Positions 1 through 7,888 of a DNA stretch of 64,000 nucleotides are shown piece by piece. The position numbers and the translations under genes are program-made. The number at the start of each line of letters is the position of its first letter. Positions within the stretch are counted from its first letter, which is position 1. This stretch comes from an uncultured virus (IMG/VR IMGVR_UViG_3300032295_003395) (Duplodnaviria; Heunggongvirae; Uroviricota; Caudoviricetes): the IMG/VR virus record IMGVR_UViG_3300032295_003395; one strand, given 5' to 3'. The notes below the pieces were generated by a model. It did no database searches. It was not told where the DNA came from and saw nothing but the letters and a program-made list of their open reading frames with translations.

Positions 1-6
1 AAGGTT

Positions 7-801
7 ATGTTAAATTTAAATCAAGAGTTCAGAACAAAAAGCGAGATTCGCCAATTAGCAAGTTCAATTTTTACTACACAAGGTGCCCCGGGTACAAGTG
101 ATAAGTATGCTCACATCTCTACCGAGAAAATCATTGACGACATGCAGTTGTTAGGTTGGGGAGTAGTTGATGCTAAACAAGTTAAAGCCCGTAAAGGTGA
201 GGGTTACCAAAAACACCTAGTTGTTTTCCGAAACAATGATATCCAGATCACTGCCGAAGATGGTGACAACGTTTTCCCACAAATCCTATTGACAAACAGC
301 CACGATGGTAAAAATGCCTTTACCTTCACTGCCGGTTTGTTCCGAATGGTTTGTGAAAATGGTTTGGTTGTTTCTTCCCGCGAGTTTGAAAACATGAAGA
401 TTCGTCACTACGGATACTCATTTGAAGAGCTTCAAGAGACCATTAAAGCCATGGTCGAGAAATTGCCTTTGACAGTTGAGTCATTGAACAAGTTCCGTCA
501 AGTAGAATTGAGCCAAGAACAGGCCCTCGATTTTGCAAAAAGAGCCTTAGAAGTTCGCCTCGGCGAATTAGACAATATCCAGATCGATTACCAAGATCTT
601 CTTACTCCAACACGTTCCGAGGATCGTGGAAATGACTTGTGGTCAGTATATAACGTAATCCAAGAGAAAGTGATTCACGGTATGTTCAACTACAAGTACG
701 GTGTTAAGTCTCGTAAGGCCCGTAAAATCAAGAACTTCAAGCAAGACTTGGTTATCAACGAGAGACTATACGATTTGGCTCTAGAATACGTTCCGGCGTA
801 A
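7..801 (+). CDS. DUF932/DUF945-family protein
   Basis: LLTNSHDGK...AGLFRMVCENGLV and NDLWSVYNVIQE motifs typical of the family; AAGGTT precedes ATG. Confidence 0.85.
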   Translation: MLNLNQEFRTKSEIRQLASSIFTTQGAPGTSDKYAHISTEKIIDDMQLLGWGVVDAKQVKARKGEGYQKHLVVFRNNDIQITAEDGDNVFPQILLTNSHDGKNAFTFTAGLFRMVCENGLVVSSREFENMKIRHYGYSFEELQETIKAMVEKLPLTVESLNKFRQVELSQEQALDFAKRALEVRLGELDNIQIDYQDLLTPTRSEDRGNDLWSVYNVIQEKVIHGMFNYKYGVKSRKARKIKNFKQDLVINERLYDLALEYVPA

Positions 802-854
802 TCTGGAGTCAAATCCTTATTTTTACCCCATGTATCATTTTTAAACTATATATT

Positions 855-1223
855 ATGAATTTATTAATCGCTCTATTTATTGTATCTGTATTTATTACTT
901 TGGTCTTTTCCGTTGTTTCTGTTTTTGTTTATGGAAAACCACTTTCCGATGAAGTTGTTCTTGAATGGATTGAAAAAATCGAAAAACAAGGAAAATGGCG
1001 TGCTAACATGTATGATTCCTCAATTATTAACGGAGAAATAGGAAATTGGAAAACCGATAAGTACTTTACTCATCCTCCACTACCTATTTTGTTTAAGTAT
1101 TATATTGATGATGTTGGGGTTATTTGGCGTGGTTCCAAAGGTGCCAAAGCACTAGATCAAGTTCGTGAGAAACTTGGTACTACCCATAGTAAAGAATCAC
1201 AACGCCAAAAATTAGGTTTGTGA
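855..1223 (+). CDS. hypothetical membrane-anchored protein
   Basis: N-terminal hydrophobic helix; ORF abuts next gene. Confidence 0.65.
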   Translation: MNLLIALFIVSVFITLVFSVVSVFVYGKPLSDEVVLEWIEKIEKQGKWRANMYDSSIINGEIGNWKTDKYFTHPPLPILFKYYIDDVGVIWRGSKGAKALDQVREKLGTTHSKESQRQKLGL

Positions 1224-1621
1224 AAAACATTTGGTTAAACGGTTCGTTTGATGTGCTCCATACGGGGCACATTAAACTTTTTCGAATGGCTCGTATGTTG
1301 GCTGGTCAACACGGAACTGTTTGGGTTGGTACTGATACGGATGAGCGCATTGCCTCTAAAAAAGGTCCTTCACGTCCAATTAACACACTTAAAGACCGAA
1401 TGTTGTTTCTTTCGTCTATAAAGTATATTGATGTTGTTGTGCCATTTTCATCGGATGAGGAGCTCAAGCATTATATATGCGAAGTAGAGCCGGATATAAT
1501 GCTCATAGGTGATGACTATCGCGACAAACCTATAATTGGTTCCGAATTTATCAAAGAAATTATCTACGTTACGCGGGATGGTAAATCTAGTACTAGCATC
1601 ATTAATGGCTTCAATCTGTAG
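1220..1621 (+). CDS. cytidylyltransferase-like nucleotidyltransferase (RfaE domain II/TagD-like)
   Basis: GSFDVLHTGH (HxGH), KGPSRPIN, IGDDY, SSTSII motifs; GTG start. Confidence 0.9.
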   Translation: MKNIWLNGSFDVLHTGHIKLFRMARMLAGQHGTVWVGTDTDERIASKKGPSRPINTLKDRMLFLSSIKYIDVVVPFSSDEELKHYICEVEPDIMLIGDDYRDKPIIGSEFIKEIIYVTRDGKSSTSIINGFNL

Positions 1622-1698
1622 TATATACGGATAGATGTATACTTAGTAGTTAAGAAAGGTTTGCGGCTAAAAGTCTTTTGAAGACTTCTGCGAAAGGA

Positions 1699-1730
1699 TT
1701 TGGAATCCCAAAATCCGATTCGTATATTTA
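1699..1730 (+). promoter_or_regulatory. Bacteroidota sigma70-type (early) promoter
   Basis: TTTG-N20-TATATTTA; the same spacing recurs at about 13 other sites. Confidence 0.8.
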
Positions 1731-1762
1731 CAAGGTAAGATTGATAATTAAAAATATAGGTT

Positions 1763-2560
1763 ATGAAAAATTTAAATGTTGTGAAAAGAGGTCGTCCTGC
1801 AAAACAAAAATTAGTTGTTGAATTCGATTCTAATTCTGTAAAACTTTTTAGAGGTAGTGAATTAAGCTTTAGTGAGGAGTTGTTTAAACCAATGACTACT
1901 GGTACTGAACTTGATGTTATTTTTTCTACTGAAGGTGGTTTAATGCCTGGGACTAATATGATGTTAGCAGGAGGTCCTGGTAGTGGTAAATCAACAATTG
2001 TACTTGATGTACTTTCTAAACTAACTCTTCAAGGTTTGAAGGTTTTGTTTGTTAGTGGTGAGATGGATGAAATCGCTCATTACAAATATTGTAAACGTAT
2101 GCCTGCGTTTAACTGTGTTCAAACTTTGTTTTTGAAAAACTATTCTCAAAATGTTAAAGAAACATTAGAACACGTGTTTAATGAAGGTTATGATGTAATC
2201 GCAATCGATTCAATTGCTGAAGTACTTGAAATGTATAAAGATGCTTATCGTACAACTGAAAGCAATGCAGAGTTTTGGTTTTTGAATCTTCAAGATCAAC
2301 ATAAAAAAGGAGGTAACTCTAAAAATTACTACACTACATTTATCAACATTCAACAAATGACTAAATCAGGAGATTTTGTTGGTTCGAATCGTTTGAAACA
2401 CATGGTTGATGCATTTTGTAATGTAGATCGTTCAAAAGATGGTTTAGAGCGTTCATTGTATTTTAGTAAAAACCGTGATTGCGATAAAGATTTCAAAGTG
2501 TTTTTCTCAATATTCAACGGAGGTGTACATTACGCTTACGAGATGGAAAAACAAGATTAA
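1763..2560 (+). CDS. RadA/Sms-like RecA-family ATPase
   Basis: Walker A GGPGSGKS, FVSGEM, Walker B IAIDSI, LKHMVDA, SKNR motif; N-terminal KRGRP AT-hook-like motif. Confidence 0.8.
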   Translation: MKNLNVVKRGRPAKQKLVVEFDSNSVKLFRGSELSFSEELFKPMTTGTELDVIFSTEGGLMPGTNMMLAGGPGSGKSTIVLDVLSKLTLQGLKVLFVSGEMDEIAHYKYCKRMPAFNCVQTLFLKNYSQNVKETLEHVFNEGYDVIAIDSIAEVLEMYKDAYRTTESNAEFWFLNLQDQHKKGGNSKNYYTTFINIQQMTKSGDFVGSNRLKHMVDAFCNVDRSKDGLERSLYFSKNRDCDKDFKVFFSIFNGGVHYAYEMEKQD

Positions 2561-2585
2561 TTAGTAACTTTAAAACCAATATAAT

Positions 2586-2705
2586 ATGAGCTGTTCAGGA
2601 GGAAAGTCTGTTAAAAAAGGAGGTTACAACAAAGTAAATAACCTAAAACAACCAATATCGTATACAATCGATAAAAATGGAAACGTTAAACCAATCTATA
2701 AATAA
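2586..2705 (+). CDS. small basic hypothetical protein (39 aa, not in ORF track)
   Basis: MSCSGGKSVKKGGYNKVNNLKQPISYTIDKNGNVKPIYK fills the gap between two genes. Confidence 0.5.
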   Translation: MSCSGGKSVKKGGYNKVNNLKQPISYTIDKNGNVKPIYK

Positions 2706-2707
2706 TT

Positions 2708-3469
2708 ATGAAGTACAAATTTATTCCCGTAAATAATGATCTAAACAAAGCAATCGCATTTGCAAATACTTTAGATGCAGATTATATTAGAAAAACTCAA
2801 CGTATTAAACAAACAGAGTTTTATATTCCTACTAGGGATGTAGTAGAAAAACTTCAAAATGAAGGTTGGAGGATTAATGGAGTTGATGAACAACGAGATA
2901 ATAAAACTCGTAAAATTACTCACAACTATGTTCAAATGACGCATCCTGATTTTTCTATTAAAAACAATAAAGGTAATGACGAAGCATTTTCATCAGTTCT
3001 TATTAAAAATAACTGTGCAGGAAGTCATCCTCTTCAAATGAGTTTAGGAGCATTTAGAATGGTTTGTTCTAATGGAGCTATTCGATTTGTTGAAGATGCG
3101 GAAACTGAGAAAATTAAACATACTGAAGTTAATTATAAGGATTTAGATCGTTTTGTTCATAGTTTGAATAGTAAAGCTCAAGATGTTATGGCTGAGTTAA
3201 ATACATGGAAACAAAAGAATATGACTTTGGAACAAATTCAAGAACTTGCATATAACGCAGCAAGATTACGTTACAACGAAGATGATGAAAGATTTGATCC
3301 AAACGCATTATTGCGCGTAAATCGCATTGAAGACGAAGGTAATGACGTATGGACTGTATTTAACCGTATTCAAGAAAACTTAACACATGATGTTAAAGAT
3401 AAACAAACTGATATTTGGTTAAATCAACAATTGTATGATCTTGCAGGTAGAGAGTTAACACTTGCATAA
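2708..3469 (+). CDS. DUF932/DUF945-family protein (paralogue of 7..801)
   Basis: GAFRMVCSNG and GNDVWTVFNRIQE match the first copy. Confidence 0.8.
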   Translation: MKYKFIPVNNDLNKAIAFANTLDADYIRKTQRIKQTEFYIPTRDVVEKLQNEGWRINGVDEQRDNKTRKITHNYVQMTHPDFSIKNNKGNDEAFSSVLIKNNCAGSHPLQMSLGAFRMVCSNGAIRFVEDAETEKIKHTEVNYKDLDRFVHSLNSKAQDVMAELNTWKQKNMTLEQIQELAYNAARLRYNEDDERFDPNALLRVNRIEDEGNDVWTVFNRIQENLTHDVKDKQTDIWLNQQLYDLAGRELTLA

Positions 3470-3488
3470 AAAGAAAATTGCGAAGGGA

Positions 3489-3520
3489 TTTGGCTCCGTC
3501 AGATCCCTTTCGTATATTTA
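3489..3520 (+). promoter_or_regulatory. early promoter overlapping an inverted repeat
   Basis: TTTG-N20-TATATTTA; AAGGGAT...ATCCCTT hairpin. Confidence 0.75.
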
Positions 3521-3539
3521 CATATAAGAAATTAAGGTT

Positions 3540-4025
3540 ATGAGAAAAAGAGTTTTGTATTTGCACGGTTTAGAAAGTTCTAATACTGGTAGTAAGGTTG
3601 ATTTCCTCAAAGAGGTATCTGATTGTTATGCTCCTGATATGAATTATGCTGATCCTTATATTGAGGATTTGTTGTTAAAAATGGTTCGAGCTTTTGATCC
3701 TGATGTTATTATTGGTTCTAGTATGGGTGGTTATTCTGCTTTATTGTTGGGTAATTATTTTGGTATTAGTACTGTTGCTTTTAACCCTGCTATTCACTCA
3801 CGTTCATTTGATCCTAATTTTAACAAAATGACTGATGCTGATCCTACTCTTGGATTTACTCCTGTTGTTGTTTTAGGTATGGAGGATGATGTTGTTAATC
3901 CTTTGATTACTAAAGAAATTCTTGATGATGCTTTTATTGAATGTGTTATTGAGGAAATTGAAGGTATGGGACACAGGATACCGCTTTTACAACTTGAATA
4001 TATTTATAACAAATATGTAGTGTAA
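3540..4025 (+). CDS. YqiA/UPF0227-like alpha/beta-hydrolase (esterase)
   Basis: LYLHGLESS, nucleophile GSSMGG, NPA, EDDVV, GMGH. Confidence 0.85.
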   Translation: MRKRVLYLHGLESSNTGSKVDFLKEVSDCYAPDMNYADPYIEDLLLKMVRAFDPDVIIGSSMGGYSALLLGNYFGISTVAFNPAIHSRSFDPNFNKMTDADPTLGFTPVVVLGMEDDVVNPLITKEILDDAFIECVIEEIEGMGHRIPLLQLEYIYNKYVV

Positions 4026-4552
4026 TGAGCAATTTCGATTTAAAAAAATATTTAGTTGAGAATAGGATAAAGGAAAGCTACCAAAGTAACATTGGAATGT
4101 ATGAAGAGGAATTTAAAAAACGAGGATTCAAACGAACCAATGAAGAATACTCAGAGGGTGGATATCAAGATCTATGGTACAAAGATTTCCCTTTAGGTCG
4201 ATTTTGTGTATCAATAGTAACTTTTGATTTAGCTTCGGGAATTAGAACTCCTAAACATCAACAATTTACATATAATATATTCTTTGATCCATATCCAAAA
4301 TTTGAAACAAAATTATTTGGTTTGTTAAAAACTAAAAAACATCAATTTGGTAAAATGATTGATATTGAAGAAGGAGTTATTGACTTTGGAGAAGGATTAT
4401 TTAAAGTAGAAGATAAAGATTTTATTCCTGGTTTTTTTGCTAAAGTAGATACAGCAGAAAAAATTGCTTCCAAAATTACAGATGTTGAGTATTTATCTCA
4501 TGAAGATAGTAAATCCTGGAAACGCATGGCATTCCCAGATGTAAACGAATAA
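4025..4552 (+). CDS. hypothetical protein, probable head-packaged protein
   Basis: N-terminus MSNFDLKKYLVE; ATATTTATAA motif upstream at 4000-4009. Confidence 0.65.
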   Translation: MSNFDLKKYLVENRIKESYQSNIGMYEEEFKKRGFKRTNEEYSEGGYQDLWYKDFPLGRFCVSIVTFDLASGIRTPKHQQFTYNIFFDPYPKFETKLFGLLKTKKHQFGKMIDIEEGVIDFGEGLFKVEDKDFIPGFFAKVDTAEKIASKITDVEYLSHEDSKSWKRMAFPDVNE

Positions 4553-4554
4553 AA

Positions 4555-5115
4555 ATGGCATTCGATTATAGAGCATATTTAAAAAATAATCCTTTATTAG
4601 AGGAATTACCTAAAGATCAATGGGTTGATCTAGATAAAAAAGAAACTGAGGAATTTTCAGGTGATATTTTTGACTTAATCAACACAGCTTACGCGTCAAT
4701 TGGCGGTAATTTAAATTATAGTAGTGCAGATGATGTAACAGGTGCACAGGGTGATTCTAATTACGAAGTAATTGATATAGACGATGATCCTGAGATTGAT
4801 GCTGTAATTGTATCTAAAAAGAAAGAAGCAGGTAATAAAATTGCTGCTATGGGTCATGATAACTCTTCAATAGCTAAATCTAAAACCATTAACAAACAAG
4901 TAGACTTACTTAAAACACCAGGTAACTATGTTGAGGTTTCAGGTAAAATTAAAGATATTTTACTTGCTAAAGGAGTTCCTGTAGTAACAGATAAAGCTAC
5001 TATTGAAAAAGTAATGGGTAAAAAAGCTATGGATATTCAAGACGATGGTTCTTATACTCGTTTTATTAGTGGTAAAGAAACCCATAAAATCCTTCTTGGA
5101 AAACCTTCAGCGTAA
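4555..5115 (+). CDS. hypothetical phage protein, probable head-packaged protein
   Basis: N-terminus MAFDYRAYLKNNPLLEE; full ORF in operon. Confidence 0.65.
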   Translation: MAFDYRAYLKNNPLLEELPKDQWVDLDKKETEEFSGDIFDLINTAYASIGGNLNYSSADDVTGAQGDSNYEVIDIDDDPEIDAVIVSKKKEAGNKIAAMGHDNSSIAKSKTINKQVDLLKTPGNYVEVSGKIKDILLAKGVPVVTDKATIEKVMGKKAMDIQDDGSYTRFISGKETHKILLGKPSA

Positions 5116-5117
5116 AA

Positions 5118-5149
5118 TTTGGAGAAGTGAAATCTTGTTCGTATATTCA
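5118..5149 (+). promoter_or_regulatory. early promoter
   Basis: TTTG-N20-TATATTCA. Confidence 0.7.
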
Positions 5150-5175
5150 CACCATAGAAATTGAAAATAAAGGTT

Positions 5176-5373
5176 ATGGCAAATTTTAAACAGTCCCTAT
5201 TAGATGCTCTAGAAGACAATCGTCTTGAAATGATTATGCCTTCTCGCGAATACACAGATAATGAAATTATTTGGATGCGCGGTTACAATCAAGCACTTGA
5301 AGATATGCTTGCTGATTATAACGATGATATTGAAGATGCAATCAAAAATGCTTTAACATTTTCATTAAATTAA
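5176..5373 (+). CDS. hypothetical protein
   Basis: start moved to the ATG in AAGGTTATG, a context shared by early genes. Confidence 0.6.
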   Translation: MANFKQSLLDALEDNRLEMIMPSREYTDNEIIWMRGYNQALEDMLADYNDDIEDAIKNALTFSLN

Positions 5374-5420
5374 TTAGGAAAATCAAGGTTTTTAACGTAT
5401 ATTTACACAAATAAAAAGTT

Positions 5421-5636
5421 ATGGAAGATTTTATTTCACAAGAGGAATTTCAAGCAGAAATTAAAGCTTTAGATAAAACTATTGCTAATATGAATTGCGA
5501 AGATATTCTTTCCCGCTCAAACATTTATGGAGTTCAATTTGAAGTAGTTTCATCTGCTTTTAAACACAAAGAACAATTTAAAGATGCTTCTTTACTTGAA
5601 TGTCTTCAAGTTGGAGCTCAAGAATGGGATTTGTAA
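5421..5636 (+). CDS. hypothetical protein
   Basis: own promoter TTAG-N20-TATATTTA at 5374-5405. Confidence 0.6.
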   Translation: MEDFISQEEFQAEIKALDKTIANMNCEDILSRSNIYGVQFEVVSSAFKHKEQFKDASLLECLQVGAQEWDL

Positions 5637-5676
5637 ATTTCGCAAAGAAAAAAGATCTCCATATATTTAGATATAT

Positions 5677-5762
5677 GCATCCGTGGTGAAATAGGTAGAC
5701 ACGAGGGACTTAAAATCCCTTGGCCAGTGATGGTCGTGCCGGTTCGATTCCGGCCGGATGTA
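5677..5762 (+). tRNA. tRNA-Leu(TAA)
   Basis: cloverleaf, anticodon arm AGGGA-CTTAAAA-TCCCT, long variable arm. Confidence 0.95.
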
Positions 5763-5775
5763 CAAAAAAGAAAAC

Positions 5776-5786
5776 GTTCTTTGATA
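5776..5786 (+). promoter_or_regulatory. boxA-like antitermination site
   Basis: GTTCTTTGATA; related copies at 6381, 6557, 7663. Confidence 0.6.
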
Positions 5787-5791
5787 TTATT

Positions 5792-5878
5792 GGAAGTGTG
5801 GCAGAGTGGTTAATCGCGCTGGTCTTGAAAACCAGTGTACTTGAAAGGGTACCGTAGGTTCGAATCCTACCACTTCCG
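5792..5878 (+). tRNA. tRNA-Ser(TGA)
   Basis: CTGGT-CTTGAAA-ACCAG, long variable arm, G73. Confidence 0.95.
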
Positions 5879-5886
5879 CTTATTCT

Positions 5887-5960
5887 GTCTCCGTAGCTCA
5901 GATGGATAGAGCAACGCACTTCTAATGCGTAGGTCACAGGTTCGACTCCTGTCGGGGATA
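5887..5960 (+). tRNA. tRNA-Arg(TCT)
   Basis: ACGCA-CTTCTAA-TGCGT. Confidence 0.95.
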
Positions 5961-5965
5961 CAAAC

Positions 5966-6039
5966 GGTCCTTTAGCTCAGTAGGTTAGAGCAACTGACTC
6001 ATAATCAGTAGGTCCACGGTTCGAGCCCGTGAAGGACCA
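5966..6039 (+). tRNA. tRNA with CAT anticodon, Ile2 (lysidine) type likely
   Basis: ACTGA-CTCATAA-TCAGT; GGTCCTT acceptor resembles Ile2 rather than Met. Confidence 0.85.
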
Positions 6040-6058
6040 CAAGAATTTTTAATCTTAG

Positions 6059-6090
6059 CTTGGAGTTATGAAAGAAAGTTCTTATATTTA
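6059..6090 (+). promoter_or_regulatory. early promoter
   Basis: CTTG-N20-TATATTTA. Confidence 0.7.
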
Positions 6091-6123
6091 CGACAAATAA
6101 AAATAAAAACAATAATAAACAAA

Positions 6124-6285
6124 ATGAAAAAAGTATTTTTCGCCCTTGTAGCAGTAGCTGCCCTTGCTTCTTGTTCATCAAACACTGAAGCCACTTCAAC
6201 TGATTCAACATCATGTGATTCATGTGTTGTTGATTCAACAAACACTGTTGATACAGTTTCTGTAGACACAGTAGGAGTTAAGTAA
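6124..6285 (+). CDS. small lipoprotein (53 aa, not in ORF track)
   Basis: MKKVFFALVAVAALAS-C lipobox followed by acidic D/S/T/V-rich tail; promoter and A-rich leader upstream. Confidence 0.8.
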   Translation: MKKVFFALVAVAALASCSSNTEATSTDSTSCDSCVVDSTNTVDTVSVDTVGVK

Positions 6286-6296
6286 TTAACTCACAC

Positions 6297-6369
6297 GCCC
6301 GCGTAGCTCAACTGGTAGAGCGCCGCACTTGTAATGCGGAGGTTGTAGGTTCGATTCCTATCGTCGGCT
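6297..6369 (+). tRNA. tRNA-Thr(TGT)
   Basis: CCGCA-CTTGTAA-TGCGG. Confidence 0.93.
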
Positions 6370-6380
6370 CAAAAGAAAAC

Positions 6381-6391
6381 GTTCTTTAACA
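6381..6391 (+). promoter_or_regulatory. boxA-like antitermination site
   Basis: GTTCTTTAACA, one mismatch from the E. coli boxA core GCTCTTTAACA. Confidence 0.65.
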
Positions 6392-6395
6392 TATT

Positions 6396-6467
6396 GCAGG
6401 TATCGTATAACGGTTATTACTCTAGCCTTCCAAGCCTGAGATCTCGGTTCGATTCCGGGTACCTGCT
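6396..6467 (+). tRNA. tRNA-Gly(TCC)
   Basis: loop CTTCCAA, U73; anticodon stem imperfect. Confidence 0.88.
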
Positions 6468-6498
6468 CAAAAAAGCTTTTTAAAAATTTTTAATATAG

Positions 6499-6530
6499 CT
6501 TGGATGTTTGAAATTCTGTTCGTATATTTA
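6499..6530 (+). promoter_or_regulatory. early promoter upstream of large ncRNA
   Basis: CTTG-N20-TATATTTA followed by boxA-like GTTCTTTAAAT at 6557-6567. Confidence 0.75.
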
Positions 6531-6572
6531 TATATAAGCAAATTGAAAAACAAAACGTTCTTTAAATTATTG

Positions 6573-7408
6573 TAATATCCATTCAACGTAAGTTGATAAA
6601 AGATATTGGCTGTCTATGGTCGTTAAATAAACCTCGAAAGGGGGATAAAGTGAACTACATGACAAAGTAGTTTGCGGCTTCGAAAGGAGCTCGAGTAGAC
6701 AAGCGGGATATCATTTGGTCTGAAGTAGTGAGGGCAACGCCGTAATGAAATGATTAAATGACTTAGCGATGTGGGTCGTTAAGTTGAGTCCGGAAGGATA
6801 ATAAGAATAACTCGTAGAATATTTGCAAGATATAAGCCCATCCAGGTTTACAATTGCGTTATTCAATATCAAAGGGTACTTAAAGCCGAAAGGCATGTAA
6901 ATGTACAGGTGGTGCTGTTATTTACCTTGTTTTGAATCTACCAAGATTCGTAACATGAAGTAATCTTAAAGTATGGAGGTAGGGATATCTCAGAGAGTAG
7001 TTTAGTATTTTCTCGATCAAAAGTTGGGAAAGCTAAAAAGGCAGGCCACTACTTTCACTCATCCACGTCAAAAAACTTTGCTATTTAGGATGCAAATTCA
7101 TAACTACAAAGCAAAAGTGCATGCCAGTCACGGACGAAAGATGCCTACATAGTAATGAGTTGTTCATTGCCACTAAAGGTCGCAAGCCAATAGTGATTTG
7201 TTTGAAAGGTCTATAGCACCGCAAGTGTTAATCAGCTCGGCAGAGTTGAGTAGAAGTACTAGAACGAGAGTAGTCCAATACAAGTGACTTAAAGAGTGGT
7301 TCACTTAAATAACCGGCATTGTTAGGATACGAGCCAAAAGTTCGTGGATAAGAAGGGAATAAATAATCCGACAAAAGACCTAACGCATAAACGTATAATC
7401 TCAGCGTT
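6573..7408 (+). ncRNA. large structured ncRNA, GOLLD-like (~840 nt, ends approximate)
   Basis: no plausible ORF; higher GC than flanks; many GNRA hairpins (TCAAC-GTAA-GTTGA, CCTC-GAAA-GGGG, GCTTC-GAAA-GGAGC, TCC-GGAA-GGA, GCC-GAAA-GGC); embedded in a phage tRNA array; size fits GOLLD. Confidence 0.75.
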
Positions 7409-7419
7409 TTAAATTTACA

Positions 7420-7460
7420 CGCAAGTTGGACATTTTAGAGGATCGTTTCCTCTATTGCGA
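7420..7460 (+). ncRNA. tRNA-like minihelix (acceptor + T-arm mimic)
   Basis: CGCAA/TTGCG stem, TAGAGG-ATCGTTT-CCTCTA arm with 7-nt loop; ends A-CA like neighbouring tRNAs. Confidence 0.4.
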
Positions 7461-7512
7461 CAAAGAAAAAAATTAACATATTTATCATAAACATTTTTAA
7501 AATTCAATAACA

Positions 7513-7599
7513 ATGATACAACATAGTATATATAATCTTCAGATGAACATTTGGTTTGCGCCGGTGAAGGAAGATTCCGTGTTGGGCTTTGTTGAATGA
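7513..7599 (+). CDS. putative attenuator leader peptide (28 aa)
   Basis: MIQHSIYNLQMNIWFAPVKEDSVLGFVE; A-rich initiation region; last codons overlap the antiterminator arm. Confidence 0.65.
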   Translation: MIQHSIYNLQMNIWFAPVKEDSVLGFVE

Positions 7600-7637
7600 T
7601 GTGATTTAAAATAAAACACTATAAAACGAAGCCCGGC
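7581..7637 (+). promoter_or_regulatory. antiterminator helix
   Basis: GTTGGGCTTTGTT (7581-7593) pairs over 13 bp (3 G-U) with AACGAAGCCCGGC (7625-7637), which includes the terminator 5' arm. Confidence 0.65.
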
Positions 7638-7660
7638 CCTCAAAAGCCGGGTTTTTTTTT
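7629..7660 (+). terminator. intrinsic terminator / attenuator
   Basis: GCCCGGC-CCTCAAAA-GCCGGG followed by T9. Confidence 0.9.
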
Positions 7661-7662
7661 GA

Positions 7663-7673
7663 GTTCTTTGACA
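7663..7673 (+). promoter_or_regulatory. boxA-like antitermination site
   Basis: GTTCTTTGACA immediately after the terminator and before tRNA-Lys. Confidence 0.65.
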
Positions 7674-7687
7674 TGTTGGAAAAAAAC

Positions 7688-7761
7688 GATCTCGTAGCTC
7701 AGTTGGCTAGAGCACCTCACTTTTAATGAGGGAGTCACAGGTTCGAGCCCTGTCGGGATCA
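7688..7761 (+). tRNA. tRNA-Lys(TTT)
   Basis: CCTCA-CTTTTAA-TGAGG. Confidence 0.95.
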
Positions 7762-7815
7762 CAATAGTTTTAAGGGTGGCTCCGGTTCTATTTAAAAACG
7801 CGATTGCCTCCGCCA

Positions 7816-7888
7816 CTTTCCTTAGCTCAGTTGGTAGAGCGCTTCTTTTACATGGAAGATGTCGTTGGTTCGAATCCAGCAGGAAAGA
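7816..7888 (+). tRNA. tRNA-Val(TAC)
   Basis: CTTCT-TTTACAT-GGAAG. Confidence 0.93.

Noticed and set aside
6780..6805. GTCCGGAAGGA resembling SRP RNA domain IV
   Set aside because: Flanking CAGG/GCAGC asymmetric loop is absent; it is one GNRA hairpin of the large RNA
6573..7408. rRNA fragment, tmRNA or self-splicing intron as identity of the large RNA
   Set aside because: No universal rRNA motifs, no tRNA-Ala-like ends or tag ORF, no interrupted host gene
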